Origin: Macrostomum lignano
Taxonomy: Eukaryota
NCBI GenBank assembly: GCA_002269645.1
Contig: NIVC01000913.1
Location: 118,276-182,275 of the forward strand
Length of the DNA stretch: 64,000 bases
Direction: 5' to 3'
Shown: piece by piece, positions 28,180 through 41,174 of the stretch
Position numbering within the stretch: the stretch's first letter is position 1
Layout of the letters: every line of letters starts with the position of its first letter
The notes under the pieces: model-generated
The model's database searches: none
Seen by the model: only the letters and a program-made list of their open reading frames with translations
Told to the model about the DNA's origin: nothing
Position numbers and translations under genes: made by a program

Positions 28180-28751
28180 ATTTTCGATGACTGAGACAGC
28201 TAAGAAATTTCCAGAACAAATCAATTCTCTTCAACACTTTTAGCCAGCCGGTCCTTTAATTTTAATTTTAATTTCGTCTTCAATTTTAAAAGCAAACAAA
28301 AAACGCCAGAGATCAGTGAATATTGAAGGCGAGTTGGTTGCGTGGCAACGGACAAAATAACCCTGGCGCAAAGCAGTGCAGAGCTGCTGATAGGGGAGGG
28401 GCAGGTTGGAGGTGAGCAACAACTTAGACCACTCAGATAAGTCAGCAGTGCCAAAACTGACCAGATCTCCAAGCTGGTCTTATCGGTGCCTTGCTTGAAT
28501 TTTTTATTGAAAAGGCTCAAAACCAGCCCGTGTGAGTCTCGCTAAAAAATTAAAATTTCCAAACAAAATTATCATAAATTTTTGCCTTGAAGAGAGACGC
28601 GATAAGGTCGATTCCAATTGTGACAGCTGTGAATTTATTCACAGAGAAGAATCTGCTGAATAAGATTGAGAGTTGAAATGTGCTTTTGATTTAGCAGTCA
28701 GAAAGTTGGTCACTCTGATTATATGTCCTTTCTTTGACCCCCTGCAGCACC

Positions 28752-29532
28752 TTCTACCACTCCCTCTACCACTCCCTCTACCCCTCCCTCTACCTCTCCC
28801 TCTACCCCTCCCTCTACCACTCCCTCTACCCCTCCCTCTACCACTCCCTCTACCCCTCCCTCTACCCCTCCCTCTACCTCTCCCTCTACCCCTCCCTCTA
28901 CCACTCCCTCTACCCCTCCCTCTACCACTCCCTCTACCCCTCCCTCTACCACTCCCTCTACCCCTCCCTCTACCACTCCCTCTACCACTCCCTCTACCAC
29001 TCCCTCTACCACTCCCTCTACCACTCCCTCTACCCCTCCCTCTACCCCTCCCTCTACCACTCCCTCTACCCCTCCCTCTACCCCTCCTTCTAACCCTCCC
29101 TCTACCACTCCCTCTACCCCTCCCTCTACCACTCCCTCTACCCCTCCCTCTACCACTCCCTCTACCCCTCCCTCTACCACTCCCTCTACCACTCCCTCTA
29201 CCCCTCCCTCTACCACTCCCTCTACCCCTCCCTCTACCACTCCCTCTACCACTCCCTCTACCCCTCCCTCTACCCCTCCTTCTAACCCTCCCTCTACCAC
29301 TCCCTCTACCCCTCCCTCTACCACTCCCTCTACCCCTCCCTCTACCACTCCCTCTACCCCTCCCTCTACCACTCCCTCTACCACTCCCTCTACCCCTCCC
29401 TCTACCCCTCCCTCTACCACTCCCTCTACCCTCCCTCTACCCCTCCTTCTAACCCTCCCTCTACCACTCCCTCTACCCCTCCCTCTACCACTCCCTCTAC
29501 CCCTCCCTCTACCACTCCCTCTACCCTCCCTC
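28752..29532. repeat. 12-bp tandem array (CCCTCTACCACT/CCCTCTACCCCT)
   Basis: Direct reading; the same family recurs at 33318-34128. Confidence 0.95.
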
Positions 29533-30494
29533 TTTCAAGCCCTTAATCTTTTTGAAATAGTGTCAGACTGAGTGAAGCACAGTTCTTATCAAGCAGCTAA
29601 AGACACAAAAAGCTCTACAGCTCAAGTGGCTCTATTTTGTCTTATTTTTATTTTCCAACCTAATTTTCATCAAGTTTGGAGGGCCATCCACCTGGCTGTT
29701 GGAGGGTCCTTTAATTGTAAAGTTAGTTTTAAATATGAAAAGGCACAGGCCAGAGAAATATGCTCTGCGCCCCGAACTCGAAACTCGCCAGCATTTTTTC
29801 GACCCAACTCTCCACCCAGGTCCATAAATTAGCGCGCAAGTTTGCGTGTACAGTCCCTCTCAAGCAAACAAGAGCAGGCTCAGAAATTTGAACAGAAATA
29901 GGTGAGAAAATAAGCGGCGAGAGGCGAATGCAGTGGTGGGGGCGGGGGTTATTCTCGACTGCAAAGACAAAAGACTGCGAACCCCTGCCGATGAACATTG
30001 AGAGCTTAACACAGAGCGCGAGCAGCAGGAGCAGCAAGGGGCCTGGCAACTCGGTCTCTCATTGTGCGTTGTTCACCCCCCCCTCCATCATGCCCCCAGT
30101 GGCTGGCCCGGTCGTGGAGCTTTCAAACACAAATTCGCTGCTGGTTTGTCTCTGCACTGTACACCCGGGTGTCCAGTCCAGACACTCTAGTCTAGCAGTC
30201 CATGGCGCAGACAGCCATCCACCCATCGTAGCACTACTTCTGCCGTCTATCTATCTATTCGCAGACGGACAGAAAATCACAAAAAAACGGAAAATACAGA
30301 AACACCTCCGTCTCTTAGGTGGGACTTTCGAGCTGTCCGAAAATTTCTTCATCAGATTGTTGAACCGCGATGGGCAACGTCGCCGCCCCCTGCTGGGCTG
30401 CTGCGGAGTTCGCCGGGACGACAGCTGCAGCTCCGGCAAGCCGCGGCTCGGCGGCGAGGATGCGGCGGAGGCGGCCTACAGGCAGCGGGCCACC

Positions 30495-32024
30495 ATGGAG
30501 GACGCGGAGCTGGCGCTGCGCTACGAGCACGCCAGGTGCCTGCCGCCTGACCAGGAGGCCGAGCGCCTACTCGCTCTGGTCGACGAGCTGCAGGACTCGG
30601 CTGAGACCTTCCTGGACGACTGCCCGACATCGTCACGTCCGAGAAAGAGCGGCGGCCATGGCAAGTCCAGAGGCATTGGAGGCGGCGGCAAAGTCGTCCA
30701 CGCCAATGGCGTCGGGAACGGCGGGTTGTCGACGCAGCGGAGGCCGCCGGCGAAGCCGCCCGAGTCAGCGGCCGCAGACGCAGCAGTGACGGCAGCTTTG
30801 GTGGCCGCGGCAACGGGCGCCGGAACCAATAAGTCAGCGACGAAATCTTCAGCGGGCGGTCGGCGACATCGACGACGAAAAGCGGAGCCGCCGACGGTGG
30901 ATGAACCTGCGGCAGCTGCAGCCACCGCTGCCGCAGCGACATCGGAGACGGTCTTGGCGGCGCAGATGTTTGTCGCCAAGAACCAGGCGGAGGTGGACGC
31001 CCTTCAGCAGCACAGCATCAAGGTTGACTCGCGAGCGCTCGGCGACATGGAGCGCCTGCGGGACGCCGGCTTCACCGATGAGATGCTGGCGGCGCAGGCG
31101 CTGCGGGACGAGCAGAGGGCCGGAGAGGAGGAGCGGGCGAGGCAGCAACGCGAAGCGGCCGAAGAGACTCGCCGAATCGCTGAGGCGGATGCGGTGGTGG
31201 CAGCGGCGGGGGCTGCAGCGGCTTCGGCGGCGGTGGCGGCGGAGGCGGCGGCGGAGGCAACGGAGGCGGCTGCTGAAGATCATCAGGAGAGGCAGGAGGA
31301 GCCGCTGGAGTCCGAGAATGAGAGCATCAGCGATGGCAGCGAGTGAGTGTTTTTGCTCTCACCTTGTTTTTGGGTGAGAGTGACAGAGAGATTGAGAGTG
31401 ACAGAGAGATTGAGAGTGACAGAGAGATTAAGAGTGACAGAGAGATTGAGAGTGACAGTGAGATTGAGAGTGTCAGTGAGATTGAGAGTGACAGTGAGAT
31501 TGAGAGTGTCAGTGAGATTGAGAGTGACAGAGAAATTGAGAGTGACAGAGAGATTGAGAGTGACAGAGAGATTGAGAGTGACAGTGAGATTGAGAGTGAC
31601 AGTGAGATTGAGAGTGACAGTGAGATTGAGAGTGTCAGTGAGATTGAGAGTGACAGTGAGATTGAGAGTGACAGTGAGATTGAGAGTGACAGTGAGATTG
31701 AGAGTGTCAGTGAGATTGAGAGTGACAGAGAAATTGAGAGTGACAGAGAGATTGAGAGTGACAGAGAGATTAAGAGTGACAGAGAGATTGAGAGTGACAG
31801 TGAGATTGAGAGTGACAATGAGATTGAGAGTGACAGTGAGATTGAGAGTGTCAGTGAGATTGAGAGTGACAGAGAAATTGAGAGTGACAGTGAGATCGAG
31901 AGTGACAGTGAGATTGAGAGTGTCAGTGAGATTGAGAGTGACAGAGAAATCGAGAGTGACAGAGAAATTGAGAGTGACAGAAATTGAGAGTGATGGTGAC
32001 TCAGAGTGAGAGGGAGAGTGCGGT

Positions 32025-32060
<36 letters not shown>

Positions 32061-32204
32061 GGAGAGTGAGAGTAAGAGTGAGAGTGAGAGTGAGGTTAAG
32101 AGTGAGTTTGAGAGTGAGAGTGAGAGTGAGAGTGAGTTTGAGAGTGAGAGTGAGTTTGAGAGTGAGAGTGAGAGTGAGAGGAAGAGTGAGGTTAAGAGTG
32201 AGGT

Positions 32205-32239
<35 letters not shown>

Positions 32240-32420
32240 TTGAGAGTGAGAGTGAGTTTGAGAGTGAGAGTGAGAGGGAGAGTGAGAGTAAGAGTGAGAG
32301 GGAGAGTGAGGTTAAGAGTGAGGTTGAGAGTGAGGTTGAGAGTGAGAATGAGAGTGAGAGTGAGAGTGAGAGGGAGAGTGAGAGTGAGAGTGCGAGTGAG
32401 AGTGAGGTTAAGAGTGAGTT

Positions 32421-32454
<34 letters not shown>

Positions 32455-35400
32455 TTTGAGAGTGAGAGTGAGTTTGAGAGTGAGTTTGAGAGTGAGAGTG
32501 AGTTTGAGAGTGAGTTTGAGAGTGAGTTTGAGAGTGAGAGTGAGTTTGAGAGTGAGAGTGAGAGTGAGGTTGAGAGTGAGAGTGAGTTTGAGAGTGAGTT
32601 TGAGAGTGAGTTTGAGAGTGGGAGTGAGTTTGAGAGTGAGAGTGAGAGTGAGGTTGAGAGTGAGAGTGAGTTTGAGAGTGAGTTTGAGAGTGAGTTTGAG
32701 AGTGGGAGTGAGAGTGAGAGTGAGGTTGAGAGTGAGAGTGAGTTTGAGAGTGAGTTTGAGAGTGAGTTTGAGAGTGAGTTTGAGAGTGAGAGTGAGTTTG
32801 AGAGTGAGTTTGAGAGTGAGTTTGAAAGTGAGTTTGAGAGTGAGTTTGAGAGTGAGTTTGAAAGTGAGTTTGAGAGAGTTTGAGAGTGAGAGTGACGTTG
32901 AGAGTGAGGTTGAGAGTGAGAGAGAGGTTGGGAGTGAGAGTGAGGTTGGGAGTGAGAGTGAGATTAAGAGTGAAAGTGCAAGTGAGATTGAGAATGGGAT
33001 TGAGACTGACAGTGAGAGTGACCGACAGCAGGATTTGGGGGACTAAACTAGTGGATATTTGGCACAGCATTGTAAGACAAGTCAGCACTGCAAACTTTAT
33101 TTTTGGCCTCTCTCGTGTCCGTGGCGGTGGTGGTTGGAGAGGCGGTAATGTTTTGCAGACGCCAGGGGTCGGACTTCGACTTCTAAAATTGGTTTGCCTG
33201 ATTTTCACTCTTGATCGCTGGGTGATGATCAAATTTCGTGTCTTCTAGTCATTTTTTTCTTTTGCATGTAGAATGCTTTTGGCGCTGGCAGCTTTGGAAA
33301 CACAGTCACTTGCTTCACCCCCTCCCTCTACCACTCCCTCTACCTCTCCCTCTAACCCTTTCTCTACCTCTCCCTCTACCCCTTTCTCTACTACTCCCTC
33401 TACCCCTCCCTCTACTACTCCCTCTACCCCTCCCTCTACTACTCCCTCTACCCCTCCCTCTACTACTCCCTCTACCCCTCCCTCTACTACTCCCTCTACC
33501 TCTCCCTCTACTCCTTTCTCTACTACTCCCTCTACCCCTCCCTCTACTACTCCCTCTACCCCTCCCTCTACCGCTCCCTCTACCCCTCCTTCTACCCCTC
33601 CCTCTACCCCTCCTTCTAACCCTCCCTCTACCCTCCCTCTAACCCTCCCTCTACCCCTCCCTCTAACCCTCCCTCTACCGCTCCCTCTACCTCTCCCTCT
33701 ACCCCTTTCTCTACCTCTCCCTCTACCCCTTTCTCTACTACTCCCTCTACCTCTCCCTCTACCCCTTTCTCTACTACTCCCTCTACCCCTCCCTCTACTA
33801 CTCCCTCTACCCCTCCCTCTACTACTCCCTCTACCCCTCCCTCTACCTCTCCCTTTACCCCTCCCTCTAACCCTACCTCTACCCCTCGCTCTAACCCTCC
33901 TTCTACCCCTCCCTCTAACCCTCCCTCTACCTCTCCCTCTACCCCTTTCTCTACTACTCCCTCTACCCCTCCCTCTACCCCTCCCTCTACCCCTCCCTCT
34001 AACCCTCCCTCTACCCCTCGCTCTACCCCTCCCTCTACCCCTCCCTTTAACCCTCACTCTACCCCTCCCTCTAACCCTCCCTCTACCCCTCTCTCTAACC
34101 CTCCCTCTACCCCTCCCTCTACCCCTCTTTCTCCGAATTTCTGTTACTCGAACCGTTCCCAATTCCTCTAAAGCTTCTGTCTGTCAATATCTATCGCCAC
34201 TGGCATCTTAAAGCTGCATTGACCACTTTTTAATCCTTTGCCCCTCATTCGACTGTAGCTTTACAACAAATTCAAGTCCCACAAAATTCATTCGAATCCC
34301 CCAATGCTCCATCCCAACCCCCCCCACTCCGCATTCGCATTCGTGCGGGAATGCCACTTCTGGCACGGGGTTCTCTCCATCGCCCATGTGGTCGCCATTT
34401 CAACTTGTCCAGCCATCTCCCCCCGCATTCGCAATAAATGAAGGTCGCAGCCGGGACTGAATTGTCAGAGAGTTGCCCCCCTGTAGCTGAATTTGAAAAC
34501 CGAAGACATTGCAAAGTTTGTTGCAAATGACTGCTGCGGCAAAGAAGTGCCTTGCCTGTTCCTTGCGACCGCCTGGCTAGCGTTGGGCAATTTAGTGGAT
34601 TAAATGGGGAAATGTTTTTAGTAGTCCAGCTATAGACTTTATTTTGAATTTCGAAGAGGTCCAGCTGTTAGACTTTGCACTTTGAAGAGGTCCAGTTGAT
34701 AGACAGTGCACTTTGAAGAGGTCCAGCTATTAGACAGTGCACTTTGAAGAGGTCCAGCTGTTAGACAGTGCACTTTGAAGAGGTCCAGCTGTTAGACAGT
34801 GCACTTTGAAGAGGTCCAGCTGTTAGACAGTGCACTTTGAAGAGGTCCAGTTGATAGACAGTGCACTTTGAAGAGGTCCAGTTGATAGACAGTGCACTTT
34901 GAAGAGGTCCAGCTGTTAGACTTTGCACTTTGAAGAGGTCCAGCTGTTAGACTTTGCACTTTGAAGAGGTCCAGCTGTTAGACTTTGCACTTTGAAGAGG
35001 TCCAGCTGTTACACTTTGCACTTTGAAGAGGTCCAGCTGTTAGACAGTGCACTTTGAAGAGGTCCAGCTGTTAGACTTTGCACTTTGAAGAGGTCCAGCT
35101 GTTAGACAGTGCACTTCGAAGAGGTCCAGCTGTTAGACTTTGCACTTTGAAGAGGTCCAGCTGTTAGACAGTGCACTTTGAAGAGGTCCAGCTGTTAGAC
35201 AGTGCACTTTGAAGAGGTCCAGCTGTTAGACAGTGCACTTTGAAGAGGTCCAGCTATTAGACAGTGCACTTTGAAGAGGTCCAGCTGTTAGACTTTGTAC
35301 TTTGAAGAGGTCCAACTGTTAGACAGTGCACTTTGAAGAGGTCCAGTTGTTAGACAGTGCACTTTGAAGAGGTCCAGCTGTTAGACAATGCACTTTGAAG

Positions 35401-36370
35401 AGGTCCAGCTGATAGACAATGCACTTTGAAGAGGTCCAGCTGATAGACAATGCACTTTGAAGAGGTCCAGCTATTAGACAGTGCACTTTGAAGAGGTCCA
35501 GCTGTTAGACTTTGTACTTTGAAGAGGTCCAACTGTTAGACAGTGCACTTTGAAGAGGTCCAGCTGATAGACAATGCACTTTGAAGAGGTCCAGCTGTTA
35601 GACAATGCACTTTGAAGAGGTCCAGCTGTTAGACAGTGCACTTTGAAGAGGTCCAGTTGATAGACAGTGCACTTTGAAGAGGTCCAGTTTTTACGCATTT
35701 CGTAACTTTTCGAACTCGCAGACCGGAGGATGCCGCAGCCGCAGCGGCCGCAGCCGAGCTGCAGGAGGCGGAGCGCGAGCAGCTGCTGCTCGAACAGGAG
35801 CGCCTTGAGCGCGAGCAGCAACTCGAACTCGAGCGCCTACGCCTGGAGCGCGAAGAACTCGAAGCTCGAGACGAATTCGAACGAGCAGCCGCAGCTGCCG
35901 GGGCGGCAGACGCGGCCGGAGGCGCTGCTGGAGGCCCGGAGGGCGGGCGAGACGCACTGGAGGAAGCGGCCAGCCGAGGAGACAGCGGAGAGGAGACAGC
36001 GGATGGAGAGACTGGGTCGGAACTGGATGAGGAAGAAGAAGCGGAAGAAGAAGCGGAAGAAGAAGCGGAAGAAGAAGAAGCGGAAGAAGAAGAAGAAGAA
36101 GAAGAAGAGGAAGACGAGAATGAGGAAGAAGATGAAGAATTCGATGACGCTGAAGAAGACTTGGAAGACGAGTATGAAGAGGCCGACGAAGAGCAGGAAG
36201 AGGAAGATGGCGACATGGACGAGGACGAGCCGGAACCGGAACCGGAACCGGAGCCGGAACCGGAACCGGAACCGGAGCCGGAACCGGAACCGGAACCGGA
36301 AGAGGAGCCAGAACCGGAACCCGAACCAGAGGAGCGCGAAGAAGAGCCGGACGACTATCGGGATGATTAG
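30495..36370 (+). CDS. Uncharacterised Ala-rich/acidic protein, 2 exons (~498 aa, possibly ~540 aa with a frameshifted N-terminal extension from 30370)
   Basis: GC-rich coding-like segment starting at a perfect Kozak gccaccATGG (30495). Donor GA|GTGAGT after 31342 and acceptor cgcag| before 35722 join in frame (..DGSE-PEDAAAAAAAELQEAERE..EPEPEP..DDYRDD*, TAG 36368-36370). No family recognised; extra internal exons are not excluded. Confidence 0.7.
31375..33020. repeat. 18-bp array (GAGATTGAGAGTGACAGA) followed by a GAGAGT/GAGTTT hexamer array
   Basis: Direct reading. Confidence 0.95.
33318..34128. repeat. 12-bp tandem array (CCCTCTACCCCT family)
   Basis: Direct reading. Confidence 0.95.
34655..35690. 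repeat. 31-bp tandem array
   Basis: Unit CACTTTGAAGAGGTCCAGCTGTTAGACAGTG. Confidence 0.96.
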
Positions 36371-36676
36371 CCGGACAGAAAATTTGCAGCAAGACTTGAA
36401 TGGCGTCCGTCGCAGCTAGTCCTTCGCCACCTCATTAGCATATGATTAATTATGCCTCGGTTATTATCTCTCATCCAGGTTTCTCTCTTATAGTGCAGAA
36501 ATGAAAAGATATCCAGTTTATCTGTGATTTTAGACCTGTATAAATCTATGTACAAATTTTTGTGCCTCATGCAAAAGAAATACATAATAGTGCGCTTTGC
36601 ACTACTCAAAGAAGATTTCTACTCAGTAGATTATTGGAATTTCGAAATAATTTCGTTTTTTACTCTTTTTCTCTTT

Positions 36677-39600
36677 GCTAGCATCTGACACAGTCTTAGT
36701 CAGGCACTTTGCTAGCATCTGACACAGTCTTAGTCAGGCACTGTGCTAGCATCTGACACAGTCTTAGTCAGACACTGTGCTAGCAACTGACACAGTCTTA
36801 GTCAGACACTGTGCTAGCATCTGACACAGTCTTAGTCAGGCACTGTGCTAGCATCTGACACAGTCTTAGTCAGGCACTTTGCTAGCGTCTGACACAGTCT
36901 TAGTCAGACACTGTGCTAGCATCTGACACAGTCTTAGTCAGACACTGTGCTAGCGTCTGACACAGTCTTAGTCAGGCACTGTGCTAGCATCTGACACAGT
37001 CTTAGTCAGACACTGTGCTAGCAACTGACACAGTCTTAGTCAGACACTGTGCTAGCATCTGACACAGTCTTAGTCAGGCACTGTGCTAGCATCTGACACA
37101 GTCTTAGTCAGGCACTGCTAGCGTCTGACACAGTCTTAGTCAGACACTGCTAGCGTTTGACACAGTCTTAGTCAGACACTGCTAGCGTCTGACACAGTCT
37201 TATTCAGACACTGTGCTAGCATCTGACACAGTCTTAGTCAGACACTGCTAGCGTCTGACACAGTCTTAGTCAGACACTGCTAGCATCTGACACAGTCTTA
37301 GTCAGACACTGTGCTAGCATCTGACACAGTCTTAGTCAGGCACTGCTAGCGTCTGACACAGTCTTAGTCAGACACTGTGCTAGCATCTGACACAGTCTTA
37401 GTCAGAAACTGTGCTAGCATCTGACACAGTCTTAGTCAGACACTGTGCTAGCATCTGACACAGTCTTAGTCAGGCACTTTGCTAGCATCTGACACAGTCT
37501 TAGTCAGAAACTGTGCTAGCATCTGACACAGTCTTAGTCAGAAACTGTGCTAGCATCTGACACAGTCTTAGTCAGACACTGTGCTAGCATCTGACACAGT
37601 CTTAGTCAGGCACTGTGCTAGCATCTGACACAGTCTTAGTCAGACACTGTGCTAGCATCTGACACAGTCTTAGTCAGAAACTGTGCTAGCATCTGACACA
37701 GTCTTAGTCAGACACTGTGCTAGCATCTGACACAGTCTTAGTCAGAAACTGTGCTAGCATCTGACACAGTCTTAGTCAGGCACTGTGCTAGCATCTGACA
37801 CAGTCTTAGTCAGGCACTTTGCTAGCATCTGACACAGTCTTAGTCAGAAACTGTGCTAGCATCTGACACAGTCTTAGTCAGACACTGTGCTAGCATCTGA
37901 CACAGTCTTAGTCAGACACTGTGCTAGCATCTGACACAGTCTTAGTCAGAAACTGTGCTAGCATCTGACACAGTCTTAGTCAGGCACTGTGCTAGCATCT
38001 GACACAGTCTTAGTCAGACACTGTGCTAGCATCTGACACAGTCTTAGTCAGACACTGTGCTAGCATCTGACACAGTCTTAGTCAGACACTGTGCTAGCAT
38101 CTGACACAGTCTTAGTCAGAAACTGTGCTAGCATCTGACACAGTCTTAGTCAGAAACTGTGCTAGCATCTGACACAGTCTTAGTCAGACACTGTGCTAGC
38201 ATCTGACACAGTCTTAGTCAGACACTGTGCTAGCATCTGACACAGTCTTAGTCAGGCACTTTGCTAGCATCTGACACAGTCTTAGTCAGACACTGTGCTA
38301 GCATCTGACACAGTCTTAGTCAGACACTGTGCTAGCATCTGACACAGTCTTAGTCAGGCACTTTGCTAGCATCTGACACAGTCTTAGTCAGAAACTGTGC
38401 TAGCATCTGACACAGTCTTAGTCAGGCACTGTGCTAGCATCTGACACAGTCTTAGTCAGGCACTGTGCTAGCATCTGACACAGTCTTAGTCAGGCACTGC
38501 TAGCGTCTGACACAGTCTTAGTCAGACACTGTGCTAGCATCTGACACAGTCTTAGTCAGGCACTGTGCTAGCATCTGACACAGTCTTAGTCAGGCACTGC
38601 TAGCGTCTGACACAGTCTTAGTCAGACACTGTGCTAGCATCTGACACAGTCTTAGTCAGGCACTGTGCTAGCATCTGACACAGTCTTAGTCAGAAACTGT
38701 GCTAGCATCTGACACAGTCTTAGTCAGGCACTGCTAGCGTCTGACACAGTCTTAGTCAGACACTGTGCTAGCATCTGACACAGTCTTAGTCAGGCACTGT
38801 GCTAGCATCTGACACAGTCTTAGTCAGGCACTGTGCTAGCATCTGACACAGTCTTAGTCAGGCACTGCTAGCGTCTGACACAGTCTTAGTCAGACACTGT
38901 GCTAGCATCTGACACAGTCTTAGTCAGGCACTGTGCTAGCATCTGACACAGTCTTAGTCAGGCACTGCTAGCGTCTGACACAGTCTTAGTCAGACACTGT
39001 GCTAGCAACTGACACAGTCTTAGTCAGAAACTGTGCTAGCATCTGACACAGTCTTAGTCAGACACTGTGCTAGCATCTGACACAGTCTTAGTCAGACACT
39101 GTGCTAGCATCTGACACAGTCTTAGTCAGAAACTGTGCTAGCATCTGACACAGTCTTAGTCAGGCACTGCTAGCGTCTGACACAGTCTTAGTCAGACACT
39201 GTGCTAGCATCTGACACAGTCTTAGTCAGGCACTGTGCTAGCATCTGACACAGTCTTAGTCAGGCACTGTGCTAGCATCTGACACAGTCTTAGTCAGGCA
39301 CTGCTAGCGTCTGACACAGTCTTAGTCAGACACTGTGCTAGCATCTGACACAGTCTTAGTCAGGCACTGTGCTAGCATCTGACACAGTCTTAGTCAGGCA
39401 CTGTGCTAGCATCTGACACAGTCTTAGTCAGGCACTGCTAGCGTCTGACACAGTCTTAGTCAGACACTGTGCTAGCATCTGACACAGTCTTAGTCAGAAA
39501 CTGTGCTAGCATCTGACACAGTCTTAGTCAGGCACTGTGCTAGCATCTGACACAGTCTTAGTCAGACACTGTGCTAGCATCTGACACAGTCTTAGTCAGA

Positions 39601-41174
39601 CACTGTGCTAGCATCTGACACAGTCTTAGTCAGGCACTTTGCTAGCATCTGACACAGTCTTAGTCAGACACTGTGCTAGCATCTGACACAGTCTTAGTCA
39701 GACACTGTGCTAGCATCTGACACAGTCTTAGTCAGACACTGTGCTAGCATCTGACACAGTCTTAGTCAGGCACTGTGCTAGCATCTGACACAGTCTTAGT
39801 CAGGCACTGCTAGCGTCTGACACAGTCTTAGTCAGACACTGTGCTAGCATCTGACACAGTCTTAGTCAGAAACTGTGCTAGCATCTGACACAGTCTTAGT
39901 CAGAAACTGTGCTAGCATCTGACACAGTCTTAGTCAGACACTGTGCTAGCATCTGACACAGTCTTAGTCAGACACTGTGCTAGCATCTGACACAGTCTTA
40001 GTCAGGCACTTTGCTAGCATCTGACACAGTCTTAGTCAGACACTGTGCTTGCATCTGACACAGTCTTAGTCAGACACTGTGCTAGCATCTGACACAGTCT
40101 TAGTCAGACACTGTGCTAGCATCTGACACAGTCTTAGTCAGAAACTGTGCTAGCATCTGACACAGTCTTAGTCAGGCACTTTGCTAGCATCTGACACAGT
40201 CTTAGTCAGACACTGTGCTAGCATCTGACACAGTCTTAGTCAGACACTGTGCTAGCATCTGACACAGTCTTAGTCAGAAACTGTGCTAGCATCTGACACA
40301 GTCTTAGTCAGAAACTGTGCTAGCATCTGACACAGTCTTAGTCAGGCACTGTGCTAGCATCTGACACAGTCTTAGTCAGGCACTTTGCTAGCATCTGACA
40401 CAGTCTTAGTCAGACACTGTGCTAGCATCTGACACAGTCTTAGTCAGGCACTGTGCTAGCATCTGACACAGTCTTAGTCAGAAACTGTGCTAGCATCTGA
40501 CACAGTCTTAGTCAGAAACTGTGCTAGCATCTGACACAGTCTTAGTCAGGCACTGTGCTAGCATCTGACACAGTCTTAGTCAGGCACTTTGCTAGCATCT
40601 GACACAGTCTTAGTCAGACACTGTGCTAGCATCTGACACAGTCTTAGTCAGGCACTGTGCTAGCATCTGACACAGTCTTAGTCAGAAACTGTGCTAGCAT
40701 CTGACACAGTCTTAGTCAGGCACTGTGCTAGCATCTGACACAGTCTTAGTCAGGCACTTTGCTAGCATCTGACACAGTCTTAGTCAGACACTGTGCTAGC
40801 ATCTGACACAGTCTTAGTCAGGCACTGTGCTAGCATCTGACACAGTCTTAGTCAGAAACTGTGCTAGCATCTGACACAGTCTTAGTCAGAAACTGTGCTA
40901 GCATCTGACACAGTCCTAGTCAGACACTGTGCTAGCATCTGACACAGTCTTAGTCAGACACTGTGCTAGCATCTGACACAGTCTTAGTCAGGCACTGTGC
41001 TAGCATCTGACACAGTCTTAGTCAGGCACTTTGCTAGCATCTGACACAGTCTTAGTCAGACACTGTGCTAGCATCTGACACAGTCTTAGTCAGGCACTGT
41101 GCTAGCATCTGACACAGTCTTAGTCAGAAACTGTGCTAGCATCTGACACAGTCTTAGTCAGGCACTGTGCTAGC
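36677..41174. repeat. 34-bp satellite, ~130 copies
   Basis: Unit GCTAGCATCTGACACAGTCTTAGTCAGACACTGT with 32-bp variants; no unique spacers. Confidence 0.98.

Noticed and set aside
31343-33046. ES-, RV- and SL-repeat ORFs as an extension of the orphan protein
   Set aside because: The main frame stops at 31344-31346 and a strong donor precedes the array; the ORFs are repeat-derived.
36677-41174. 34-bp palindromic repeat as a CRISPR array
   Set aside because: Units are directly adjacent with no unique spacers, no cas genes are present, and the context is eukaryotic.
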